From positions 53,236,788 through 53,300,787 of the forward strand of contig CM120640.1 of NCBI GenBank assembly GCA_051362555.1: a stretch of DNA of 64,000 nt, read 5' to 3'. The first letter of the stretch is position 1. Each line of letters starts with the position of its first letter. Shown piece by piece: positions 40,154 through 52,559 of the stretch. The notes below the pieces were generated by a model that was not told the origin of the DNA, searched no databases, and saw only the letters and a program-made list of their open reading frames with translations. Origin of the DNA: Lingula anatina. Lineage: Eukaryota > Animalia > Brachiopoda. Both the position numbers and the translations under genes were made by a program.

Positions 40154-40926
40154 TTATGCTAAAAGTGATTATCCAATGCACACTACACACGTGTAGTCAC
40201 CTACTAGTCAAGACATGGCACGCTACCGTAATGGCCAACGGGCATAGCTGCAGCTGTGGTTTGACTCCCACTATTTTGATAATATTGATATTAAGTTCTG
40301 TTATTCTTTTGAATGCATGTAGAGTATGAGGTAGGGTCTACATGTACTAGCACGCGTATGTTCTCTTGCAACTGTGAATGACATTGTGGGATGATAAGAC
40401 GGTATAGAAACAAGGAGACGATCACAGCTAGACCTTTTTATTTAACATTGTGTAAAAAAATAATACCGCCAATATAAATATTCTTTCATTTTGGTGACTG
40501 TATATCCACAGACAGGCATGGATTGTTATTGGCTTGACTTGGCAGGTATCTTTGATAGCCTACTATTCGATTGACAAGTGCGTGGGGGAGACGCATAGTT
40601 TACTATCACGCAGGCTAGGCGAGCTCCGTTGCCGAGAAAATGCATTGAATTCCTAGATTTGATGGTTTATGGAACAATAACAAAACACAAAAAGCTGCAA
40701 AAACACTGAAAAGTGTTTGGTTGAATGGACGCGCCTGAGTGTGTAGAGTGGTTGGGAGGGAGGGAGGGGAGGGAGGGGAGAGAGGTTCCAAATATTCTAT
40801 CGCAAATTGCTTTTTATTTCCAATGTAGATTGATTTAAAACAATTTTGATACATGAGCCTTAATTTTCTAGTCTACTTAAATTATATTTGGTATTTCTTG
40901 GAACATCAGACCAACGGATCGACCTA

Positions 40927-41392
40927 CCCAGCAGGCATAGTGACGTAGGATCAATGTTGAAAACAGGTTGATACGTTGAATTGCCGTTAATCTACCTAAA
41001 TTCAACGTAAAATCAACGTTGATCCAGCCACGTCAAAACACTGCCATAATATGACGCGTACGTTGATTCAACGTTGTATTTTGGTCATTGACACAACCTT
41101 GCAGACATGGATTGTAATTTAAAATATTAATTATTGAAAACGTGATACTTTGTTTATCAATAGGCCTACTGTAACTAACTTTATCAAAATAATAAAAATG
41201 TGTTTTAAAGTAAAAGTGACAGTTGTTTTGTGTCTTTAGTGAATTTTCTTAACTTGTTATTCAGAAATACATTCCAATAAACTTCCTTGCAAGGTCAGCT
41301 AACACTAGGATGAATAAGTCGCTGTAAATGTGATGGAGTGAAGTTAATAAAGTTGACAGTTCTCGGTACCCTGTTATAGATAGATAGGTAGA
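40927..41392. mobile_element. CACTA/CMC-like element, inverted partial copy
   Basis: Starts CCCAGCAGGCATAG and matches the reverse complement of ~15645-16074. Confidence 0.8.
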
Positions 41393-42771
41393 GGTAGATA
41401 ACCGCTCCTTGGCGTGGGGTTCGGGGCCGCTGAAGGGCCGCGGAAATTTTCGGTATCTTAGAAGGTGAACGGTGTCATTTGGTGCGGTGTAGAACTATGG
41501 TTCAGCTGTTAAAATTCTAATTTCAAGTTTTTTTTCAGAAATTGAAAGGGAGGTGGCGGGTCAGGGCCCCTCTGGCACCCCCTTAAATCCACCACTGTTG
41601 CACTATTGTCATACATATGTAGGCTACTGGTGGAAAGAGTCTCTTGCAAGTGTTTTTATTTGGAATCCGAAGAGAAATCGGTAACGCGTAGGGGCCTATT
41701 ATTACGCCTTTCTTTTTCTTTCTCTCTTCAACGTTGGAGTCTCGTTATCACTATCAAATTAATGTAACAAAGGTATATATTCAAATTTTAGAACGAGTCT
41801 AGGGAAATGTGAATTTTGAGATACAGGAGAAATACCTTCTAAAGGAGAGTAATATTGTATAATAAGCATTCGGTCGATTCAATTCTTATTTAGTACGTGT
41901 GTTTATGCTACATCTTAATATTTAATTATATTACCATGTTTGGATTAACACATGTTTATGATGTAAGCGACTACATACAGATTTCAATATGGCGCTGTCC
42001 ATGCCACGTCGGAGAGATAAGGTACGGCAATATTTCTAAATACCTCATTCTCATAATGGTGAAAGAAAGGGCATTTGAATAGACATAGTACATTGAACAC
42101 AATACCGTGCTTAGTTCACTAACCTCATTCTCTGATAATTAGGTATTGTAAAAAGAGTCTGTCAGCTTCATTATTTTGCTAAGTTTGCTTCAGTCGTCGG
42201 CCTTACACGTAAGCAATACATGCTACGCAGCATTTTAAAGCCGAAATCATTAGACAGCTTTTTCGTTGTGCATGCAAATCAAACGATTAATGTCTGAATA
42301 CGAATACAGTACAAAAGTAAACATTTTTGACAATGCGAAACGATGTCACTTAATCACACAACCAGATTCTTAGCCTGCAGATCTGCTACACCTTTAAACT
42401 GGGCATGAAATTTTGTCTAAAAGTATACTTTTAGGTGTCAAGGATAACCTGCCCGTCTGCTTTGAAATTGAAATTTGAGAACAAGCTCAAAATGCAGTGT
42501 CTTATAAAAATATCTTGGCCTTATCATCTCTGATGACTAAAAGAGGAGTCGGCGACAATTGTAGGGTTGTAGAGTAAAGGCTGAGAAAAAATGCTTTGGG
42601 GGAAGGGCTCTGCTGTTGAATTGTTGAAGGCTTGCATTACAGTACCAGTATATGCAAACAGATCAATTGTACTGCCTTTGGTACTCATCTAAACGCTGAC
42701 TAAAACGTTAGACTCTCCCGTTGGACTTGGAAAAATGTAATGACAAAAAGTTCTGCTTTTCCCCACAAAAA

Positions 42772-42774
<3 letters not shown>

Positions 42775-42817
<43 letters not shown>
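42775..42817. repeat. (GT)n microsatellite
   Basis: Seen directly. Confidence 0.95.
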
Positions 42818-42821
<4 letters not shown>

Positions 42822-43412
42822 TATGGGGGTGACATAATTCAACAAATATAGCTATAAAAACTATTAGATCCATAAACTATAGCTTCAAGTCCACTATCTG
42901 CCATTATCTGACATAGTGGGGTTACAGTTAAGTGCTACAACAAGATTACATTATGTTGTATAAGTTGGTAGCCTGCCTACTGGTAGTTGCTTTGCCTGTC
43001 TTAGGCTTCTAACCCCCCCCCCCCCCCCCCCTTAAAAAAAAAGTGCAATTATTTTAATGACTGTAACTATGCATTAAGTGCATGTGATTTTGGTCATGCT
43101 GGAAACACATTTTGCATGTTTTTATATAAGGAACATTTTTGCATATATATATATTTTTATTTTTCCTGTTTTTCTTATTTCTAGGTTTGAGTCAACATAA
43201 TCCAGTTGCTTTACCAAATCTGAATACGATTATTTAAACCAGTCTTCTGCAAAAGTAAAAACATGGCACAGAGGTGAACTCTAACTCTCAGCCTGTGTAA
43301 ATAATTTCCACCAGCTTGTACAAAGAAGGAGAGAAGAATTCCTGTAAAATTGCATCTGACCAATTTGAATATTAGTGGAAAGCTCCTATTATACTATCAG
43401 ATAAACCACAAA

Positions 43413-46400
43413 ATGTTTTGGAAAACATCCAGCACAGTAGCACTGTGCTCTGCAGCAAACTTTATCAATGCAGCAGACAGGGTCATTATGCCTATTGCCA
43501 TCATACAAATGACCGATGAATTCAAGTGGGATCTCCATGGTCAGGGATGGGTTCTAAGCTCCTTTGCAATAGGTTACATGAGTAGTCAGGTATGGATTTT
43601 CTTTTCTTTTTTTTTATAATTTATCAATTTTCATTCACAGATACATTTAAGTTTGACTGTGACTTAACCTTACTTTTTATATATGAACACTATGTGCATT
43701 TGTTAAGTATTATTTTATTTAATATTTGTACAATACACAAGATAGTCTAGAGTCCAGTTTACATATATTGTAAGAATTTTTGATTACTTTTGTTGCATGT
43801 AAATGTTGTTTATGTTATTTATAAGTATTTTTTTTTTGTAATAGGTGATAGGAGGTAGTGCAGCTAAGAAATATGGTGGCAAATACATGCTTGCACTAGC
43901 TGTGTTCATGTGGTCCCTGTCAACACTTCTCACACCACTTTTTGCTCACTCTTTTTATGCCCTTTTTCTGTCTAGAGTTGTATTGGGCATAGGAGAAGGA
44001 ATAGGTAAGTATTGTACAGACAAAGTTGAGAGAAGTGTACAAGTGCTGTGTGTTCAGCTTTAAATGTAGGATTGTCAGGTGTCTGCTTAGGATGTGCAAC
44101 ATTTCATCTAAATGTTGGACTTTCCTCTTTAATAATTACTTTGAAAAAAGTTGTACTCATGGCACTATACTTCTGTAAACCCTGCTTTACAAAAGGTTAG
44201 AAATTTCAATGTACAGTAGTCATTTCATAAGTTGTCACTTGAAACAGCTCAGTGATTGGGAAGGTTCAAACCACCCATGGGACAATGGCCCCTCCTGGGT
44301 CACCCTTAATGGGCCATTTTGCATATCAATGGGCCATTGCTTGACATTTATGGGCCATTTTTAAACATGACAAATATATTTGAAATATCTGTATCAATAT
44401 TTTTGGGAATAATATGATAAGGTTTTGCAGTTAAACTTTGTTAATATATTTATTTAGTTAAAACTTTTATTTGTCTTTTTCAATAAAACCATTACAATGC
44501 CTTCTTTACTGAACTTATTTGAAGACTAAATGAAAAAACAAAATGATCAGAAAACATGTAATACTCATTAGTAATTGGTTTTTATTTGATGAAACCATCA
44601 ACAAGAGGTAAAGAATCTAGATCTCTGAAAACCTTGTTTACCCAAAACTGAGAAAATGTAAATGAAATTGTCCTCACATACTGTCTAGTACTTATTAATC
44701 AGTCTTACTGAAAAGAGATTTCATTACTAAATGAAGTAATCTCTTTTTCCTGCGCCACACATTCAGTGCATCCTCATAACTTATCTTACTCCCAAGAATC
44801 TTAACTCTTACACTGTTCGCAGAACATTTTCGTTTGGGTGCTGTCGTACTGGAGCTAGGGCCATAGTTGAAACCATCGGGGTTGGAAACCTCGTGCGACC
44901 TGAGAGTGAGAGGTGCTAGCACTAGCAGTAACACTACTGTCAGTGTCACTACTACTCGTCGTAGTGCAAGGAGCGCTGCTCTCAGAAGTTGGTACATTTT
45001 CTTCCCCCATCTCCTTTGAGACTTCTTCCTGAACGTTGGACGGACCCTTAGATGAAGCGGTTGAAGTAAATAAACTAACTAATGTAGGCTGGTCTGGCGA
45101 GATTTTAAAAATCTTTTTCGGCAGCATTTTTCTTTTCACTTCATCAAAGTGCTGCTTGAAAAAATCCCATGTGCTTTCAGAACGAAAAGCAAAGTTACTT
45201 CTAATTGGATAAACATGACCTATAAACTGATTGGCCAATAAGATATCAGCTTTTATTTCATTAGCATATCTATTGGGACGATGAGCTCATTGCTCTCGGC
45301 ACAGGCAAACTTCGGCGATTGCGTTCGATAGCTTCCGAATTCGTTCCTGAGACGTCTTCAGGTATGAGAGGAAAATTACGCTAATCAGTTGATGAATATT
45401 TTATTGACGAGTAGACTCTTTTTAAAAACGCCAGGTATAACAAAATCACGCGCCCTTATGACGCTCAAACAGGGCTTTTTATGCGTCCAGTTGCGATTCT
45501 ATGCGCGTATGGCGCAATGGCGCGTTCCTTCCCAATCACTGCAACTGGTTGGAAATGCTAATCAAACTTATCAATTTTATATTGACTAATAGTTGGTCTT
45601 TGCCACAATGAAAATATTCAAAACAGGAGTAGATCATCATCAGTTTTAATTAAATTTGTGTTTTAGGTCTCCCTACAGTTTTCCATATATTTGCTCACAC
45701 CATCCATCAAGATGAAAGGTCACGGGCATTTGGTTATCTTGTAGCACTTGGTTCTATAGGACAAACAATAGCAGCAATAGTAAGTTACACTGGACTTTGC
45801 ATTTAAGGTACAGTCTTAATGGAAAAATTGCAACAGAATTAAGAAGTAATTTTTGTTTTACTGTCCTTTGTTATGCAATGTGATCATGATAATGTTTAAT
45901 AATCAGAAATTTGTAAGACTACAGAAGTGATATCAACTTTAGCTTCAAGTTGATAGAAAAATACAGCACAGGAAATGAACACTGCATATTTCAGGTTTAT
46001 TAAATTTTCTTTATGTCTGTTTCTAGGTATGTCCACATTTGCCCTGGAGATACATGTTTTACTTGTTTGGCTCATTAGGCTTTGTATGGGTTGCACTATG
46101 GTTAGTTCTTTATAAGGAAATGAGGGGACCAGATGAAGAGGAATTTGTGGACCCACCTAAGGTAGTACATTTAGATTGTGCCATCTTTGAAATATTTTCC
46201 TTTTTTAAATAAGATTTATTGGGTGTTATTTATGGTATGATAAAGTTGGAATGAAGGCACGAACCAGATTTTGAGTAGATGCAAATTATACATGTGCACT
46301 GAGTTAGCAGCTATGTTACTGTTAATTTGTCTAAAATTTGTGTTGCTTACAAGTGAAAATTTTGTCATTCAGAAATAATTACAACTTAAGTAATGGTGCG

Positions 46401-47244
46401 AAGAAGTCTGTTGTTTCCTTGCCTTTAGCTTGTTGAATCAACAACATAATTTTATATCTTTATTTTTCAACAGGTGACAAGTTCCAATGTTATGTGGACG
46501 GAATTTATTAGCCATTGGCCTCTTTGGTCACTGTATATAGCTCACTTTAGCATGAATTGGGCAAATTATATTATAATGCAGTGGTTGCCTACATATATGA
46601 CACGGACGTTGGGAGCAGCTAGTAGTGACATAATGTATACTGCAGTGCCATATATAATGAATTCCATAGTTGGGGTTGGTAAGTGGCATTAAAAGTGCAA
46701 GTAAGGATAATTTTAAAAATTTCTCTTGGGAATTTTCAGAATTGTGAAATCTGTTATATAAATAATTTTAATACTTTTTTTAGTCCAATGTAGAAAAAAA
46801 TTGATTCCTAAATAGTTAAAAATTTTGAACATAAATTGTGCTTTATAATAATACAACAGCACAGTATTTATTGTACCACCAGAATGGTGCTGGCGGTACA
46901 CATGGTTTTGTCTGACGGCTCCACTGCCATATCACCATTACTGCTTTTCCTCCTAGACTACAAGAGCCTGTGTACCCATCTCTTGTATGTAGATCACGTA
47001 TAATATCAACTCTTTCCATGGAAATTTTGGGCTTTGTTGGTGCACTGGTCCAAAATTTGCAAAATTTAATGCTTAATATCTCCCAAACTGAAGGAATTAT
47101 GGGAAAAGTTACTACAGATGGATGACCAAAACTCATGTGGATATTTCAAGTATGTCCTTGGGTTTGACCTTTCACCTTTATTTCAAGGTCAAACGGGCCA
47201 AAATTTTCTAAAAAATGTTGTTTTTTTTTGCAAAAAAAAAAAAA

Positions 47245-47277
<33 letters not shown>

Positions 47278-50200
47278 TGTGCCAATTTTCAAAAACTACC
47301 CAGACCTAACCTATAATATTATGGGCAGGTGTTACACTTAGGGTCATCTTTCATTTTCTTGTTTTTGGGGTCAATTGGTGCATTATCACGGGAGAAGCAA
47401 ATTTTCCGTCCCTAATAATCCCAAAACTGGCAGAGATATGTCCGTAGTTACTTGAAAAGGAACTCGTATACTGAAAATATTCCTGTGCCCTTGAATTTTA
47501 CCTTTGGCCTACTTTTTACCATAAACTGAACTTTGCAAATTTTGCGACACTTAAATCTCCAAAACTGAATGGGAAGTCATATGTTAGCAATCCTCCTGTG
47601 ACCTTGAATTTCACCTTTGACCTACTTTTCATCGTGAACTGCCTTTTGCAAATTTTCTGACCCATGTATCTCCAAAACTGGTAGAGGTATGCCCACTGTT
47701 GAACTTGAATAGTCAATGTTACTATGACCTTGGATTTGGCCTTTAACCTTCTTTTCGCCATGAACTGCTCTTTGCAAATTTAGAGATGTGCCCATAGTTA
47801 TTACTGAACTTGATTAGGAATTGGTAATCTTACTGTGACCTTGAATTTGATCTTTGACCTAATTTTCACCATGAACCGAACTTTGCAAATGTCCAAGCTC
47901 TTATATTTATTATTGAACTAGGATGGGAAGTCCTATATTCACAATCTTACTTCAAGATTGGGTTTGACCACTTACTTTTTTCTACGATTTTGTTATAAAT
48001 TGGTATTTTTCTAAAAAAAATTGAAAAATCTGGTTAACTGCATTTTGTAGAGCTTGTCAAGCACAACACTAGAGGCTGTGTCCTTTTTTTTGGTTTTATT
48101 TTGTTGTTGCTTTCCACACAAATGCACTTATCCCCACTAGTGGTACAATGCCCATAGGCAGTATCACCTTTCTGACTCTCTAGTTTTTTTAAATTTTACA
48201 TTTAAAAGTCTACAAATACAAATATCATGATAAAATCACCATACAATTATTATTTTGCCACCAGCTTAAAGCTGGAGGTTCTTCAGATTTCCCCTGCAAA
48301 GTCTGCTCTACAAATGTGTTTCTTGTAATTCATTAATTTTGCATTTAGATATGATTTAGGACAGAAAATTTTGCATCACTACCAGAAGTAGAAATGTAAA
48401 ACATATTGACTCACCCAAGCTCAAGCTCTACACTGTACAGGCTTTCAGACGTTTATATCAAGTAGCAAAAACTATAGATAATGTTAAATTGGGCTCTTAT
48501 AAATAAGTAATGATTAGCTAAATAGTATTTGGTGGTCATCATGCCCTAAATTCGGCATAAGGTTAGAACCACACAGACTATTAACCCTCCACTCAAATTT
48601 ATTATGTATGCAAAAGCTTATTTAAGATAAAGGGGAACATTGATGTTATGAAGTACTTGGATAAAATGGAATTTGATATTCCTTTTTATTTTTATCTCTT
48701 GATCCACAGGAGTGAAGCTTCAATTGATTTGCAACACAAAACCCAGCTTTGTATTGCTCCATTGCTCATCATGAATTTTTAATCTTTATATGAATTATTG
48801 TTATTGAAGTCGGTCACATCTGGGATATCCCTGGGGTCATTTTGTGTTGCAGTTACAGCTATTCATATTAATATCTCTTTGGTGCCTAGTTCAGTGGCTT
48901 TTATTTCTGATTCAGTTAAACACCAATATCACTGTAATAGGCATGAGCTTTTCCACTGAATTCAGTGAATTTTAAAGAGTTCTGAAGGTGTTGGTTCCAC
49001 AATTTCTGTTCATATTAAAAAAAAAAAAAAAAACTCAGGCTCATGTCTGCTGTAGCCATGGTTTGTAATACTGATTTAATATTTAAAAAAATTTATTGAA
49101 CTTTCTCTCGGCTTTTGAAATGATGTTACATAACATAACATTGCATTACATTATACTATATTACATTACATTACATTACATTACGATGCATTATATTTTA
49201 GTGGAATAAAGGCTATGCTGTTGCCTATAAGGGCCAGCTCACATGGCTCCATCTGGAATACTTCTAAACAAGTACAAATTATTATACTTTTTTCATGGGT
49301 TTTATTTAGAAAAACCAAGAAAATTATTTAAAGTTTAAGCTATTTTTTTATTTCTTTAGTTTTTCTTCTATTTGCTTTGCAGTTTATTTTATTTACTGTG
49401 AATACTGGTTCAATACATGCCTCAATGTGTTTGTAATTCTCTTTTAAAAATCTAAATGTAGCTGGTGATACATAACAAGGAGCAACCCATGCCCCTCTAA
49501 TTTTTTTTTCGTGCTATGTTCTGTCATTTTTTAGCTGCAGGTCATTTTGCTGATTCTCTTATTGCCAAAAAATGGACCATATTATCAGTGCGGCGTCTGA
49601 TGACTTGTTTAGGGCTATTGGGTCCAGGGTTATTCTTACTCCTCTTTAGTGCTGTATATAATGTGCCTTTGGCCATCATGTAAGTGTTTTATAAATACAG
49701 TTAGAAATGCATTTTTTTCTCAGTGACCTTCCAAGTCAGTAGATATCAAGATTAAGTGGTCTAGCAAAAGTAAAAAAATAAATAAATAAAACTATAGTAT
49801 CACTTAATAGCTCTTTTGTAAAAAAATCAATCATTACCATACTGTCCTCTGAGATAATAATTTGATCCATCACTATCTGATTAAAATTGTACCCATTGGC
49901 TATAATTTCTACAATTATTGTTGCATGTCATTTGGCTTGAGTATTTTTTGATGTTTTGTAGCTATTGTGCATATACTATGCACCAAAGTCTGATACAGAA
50001 AGTGATAGCTGTATTTATTTTTGCCTTTTCAGATTTATCTCCATTTCTATGTCATTAAGTGCATGTAATTCATCAGGCCACTTAAGCAATCACGCAGAGG
50101 TGGCACCCAACCACGCAGGGATCACATTTGCTATATCTAATACTCTTGTAAGTATTTTATAGAGCAGAATTACCAGCACTCTATTTCAAATTGATATCAC

Positions 50201-52559
50201 TCTTTTATTTCATTTTGCCATTTAGGGAACTGGGGTTTTAGAACCAATCTACCTGCATGTGAAACTCTCTTTATTTTGGAAAGGTAATATAGTTAGCTAC
50301 ATGTATCTGGTATTAGTAGTCCTTGGACATAGAAATGAAGGGACTAGAAATGCGAAGCAAGATCAAAGGATAATCGGCTTAACGCCACCCTGAGCTTCAG
50401 AGATAACTTGACACTTACCTCTTCACAATAGCCTATCTTCATCGTGTCAAGTTATCTCTGACGAAAATAGTTTGACCTAGTTTATATAAGCCAATCGAAT
50501 CCAAGTTTCAAAATTTTTCACCAAAGTTTGGTGAAAACGCTGATTGGTTGACCGTCAATCGGTAATCCTCAGCTGATTCCGCAAGCTCCATACTAACAAC
50601 AAAGTTATTGTCGAGTGCGGAGACATCCGAGTAGTTCCGAGTGCATAACCGTACACAAAGAAAGCATGGCGTCTCCTACAAGTGACTACGTAAAATAATG
50701 TGTTAAGTTATCTCTTGATAGCCACAGGCTACGGCAAGCCCCTGATATTCAGCCTTATCTTTGATTGGTCCGGATTTGAACAAAGCGCGCTTTGACTCGT
50801 TCGCGTTCATTGGCTAGATCGTTCAATGAGTCATTGAGTGCGGGATTTAAATTTGATTGGCGGGCGGCGGGAGCAATCGAATGTGGTCAGAGGTAACTTG
50901 ACACGATGAAGATAGGCTATTGTGAAGAGGTAAGTGTCAAGTTATCTCTGAAGCTCAGGGTGCTTAACGCGAGCTCTTTGTGAAACCATGTGGGTTCAGA
51001 TCACGTGACCTCCCATACAGGTAGCGAGCACATCGTGGTTGTCTATGACTTTTTGTGGCATTTGGACAGGTAGATGGCGATAATGTGAGGCTGTCAGCAA
51101 TGCTGTATCATAGCAACCACAAGGGACTGTGAGAAATTGCGTTATCAGTGCAAAAGAACAATAAAAATTCACTGAGGCACAGTGCGCGAGACCTTGATAA
51201 CAAGCTGTTCAGGCTATCAAAACAGCTTATCTGAGACAATGGGCGAATGTTTACCCGAATGCACATCTTCAAAGGAAGATGCCGCATTTCAAGTCCCTTC
51301 ATTATTATGTCCAAGAGTAGTCTAAGCTTAGCCCAAGGACTCAAGACATTTGATAAAGTAAGTTCCTAGATATTACTTCAACTCATGATCAAAGTTTTGG
51401 ACTATCTGTTATTCTTTTTGTACAACTTTGTAAGGTTAACTCTTGCAGTTTTCAATTAATTCCAACCAAACTTCATGCATGAAGACCACAACATGAATGT
51501 GCACCTGGGTAATCTTTTACTGATAAAAAAACAATCTTTCAAAGAATTCTAATGAGCAAGTGGAACTCAACAATTGCATTTGCATTTTCGTTCAGTCATC
51601 TCTTTATATATTTTTGTGTTAATTTCTCTAAAATCATACATGAAAACCTGAACATGTAGTTGTGCATCTGGATTTGAAACTCATGCCATAATATATATTA
51701 TATAGAAGTTGCAGAACAGTGGAATTACTCCAAACAATTCAAAGTGAAATTGCAAAGAGGTAAAGGCAGATGTATTAGGTAAACAAGTTTGGGTATAACA
51801 TAAATTTGAAAAGAGGATAGTACCTATTTATAAGTATGAAAGTGGATAAACATAACTGCACCCTGGCCAGTTCTGATAAATATTCTCCATGTCTGTAGAT
51901 CTGTGGAAAAGGTCTGTCAGTCCATGCCCCATCCATGTAACTCATGAAAAAGTTAACTTTGGAAAGGAGTGGTTTCAACTTGTAACACAAACTTCTTATA
52001 TTATGGGCCTCTTGAATGAGATGGTAAACGAGGAAATTACTTCCATTTTGCAAGAAGTGTTTGAGCAAAAAATCATGCTCTAGATCATAAAGAAGTTAAA
52101 GTTTGCATGACATTTTGTGAGTGTCCATAAAATTATTGCTACTTTTTTGTGATGAATGTTTATTTGTTGTGCAAGTTGTACAAGCTGTTGCTACATTACT
52201 GTTTATTTTCATGTTTGATAATTTTTGTTCCATCTCACTTAACATTGAAAAAGTTTAATTTATGACTTTTAGACCATGATTTATGGAGTGAACCTACAGG
52301 TGTTAATGTTAAACATTAAATTTTGTCATTATCTGAGCAATCACAACTCTCAGTCATCAGTTTTTCCTTTTGATTTATAAGGTTACTAATGAATTATTTC
52401 CAGGCAACAATCCCTGGCATTTTATGTGGACCTCTGACAGCAGAACTGGTAACACAGTCACATGGACGATGGTTCCCTGTCTTCATTTTGGCAGCACTCA
52501 TCAACTTTGTAGGGGCAATCATTTACCAGAGTCAGAGTTCTTCAAGTCAAGTCATATGA
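43413..52559 (+). CDS. SLC17-family (anion:cation symporter) MFS transporter, SLC17A9/VNUT-like, 401 aa
   Basis: Exons 43413-43589, 43845-44004, 45667-45779, 46027-46161, 46474-46678, 49535-49679, 50033-50147 and 52404-52559 (1206 nt, GT-AG, phases consistent). Motifs ADRVIMPIAI, LSSFAIGY, SRVVLGIGEG, ERSRAFG, WRYMFY, QWLPTY, EVAPNHAGITFAISNTLATIPG and many hydrophobic segments. Confidence 0.93.
44250..45541 (-). mobile_element. Internally deleted hAT transposon with a TTF-zinc-finger transposase remnant
   Basis: TIR CAGTGATTGGGAAGG at both ends and a degenerate 8-bp flank (aaacagct/caactggt). The minus strand reads RGFQPRWFQLWP*LQYDSTQTKMFCEQC (ZnF_TTF-like) next to a C-terminal-like YEDALNVWRRKKR. 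Confidence 0.8.
46871..48183 (+). mobile_element. Helentron/HINE-like element with internal tandem repeats
   Basis: 5' TTGTACCACCAG with subterminal inverted CTAGTGGTACAA, a small 3' hairpin and terminal CTAG in a T-run. Diverged tandem units of ~100-120 bp containing GACCTTGAATTT..CCTTTGACC at 47400-47970. Confidence 0.7.
50322..51315. mobile_element. TIR element with 7-bp TSD (superfamily uncertain), host of a nested insertion
   Basis: TIR CTTGGACATAGAAATGAAGGGACTAGAAATGCG / CGCATTTCAAGTCCCTTCATTATTATGTCCAAG; flanks AGTAGTC at 50315-50321 and 51316-51322. Confidence 0.8.
50386..50962. mobile_element. Young MITE with ~77-bp TIRs and 8-bp TSD (possibly Zisupton-like)
   Basis: CACCCTGAGCTTCAGAGATAACTTGACAC... 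near-perfect TIRs; TSD CTTAACGC at 50378-50385 and 50963-50970. Confidence 0.88.

Noticed and set aside
44695-45238. Two minus-strand ORFs as a nested host gene
   Set aside because: They are remnants of a hAT transposase with a stop codon and an internal deletion.
47400-47970. Spaced repeats superficially like a CRISPR array
   Set aside because: Eukaryotic intron; whole units are diverged tandem copies within a Helentron-like element, and there are no cas genes.
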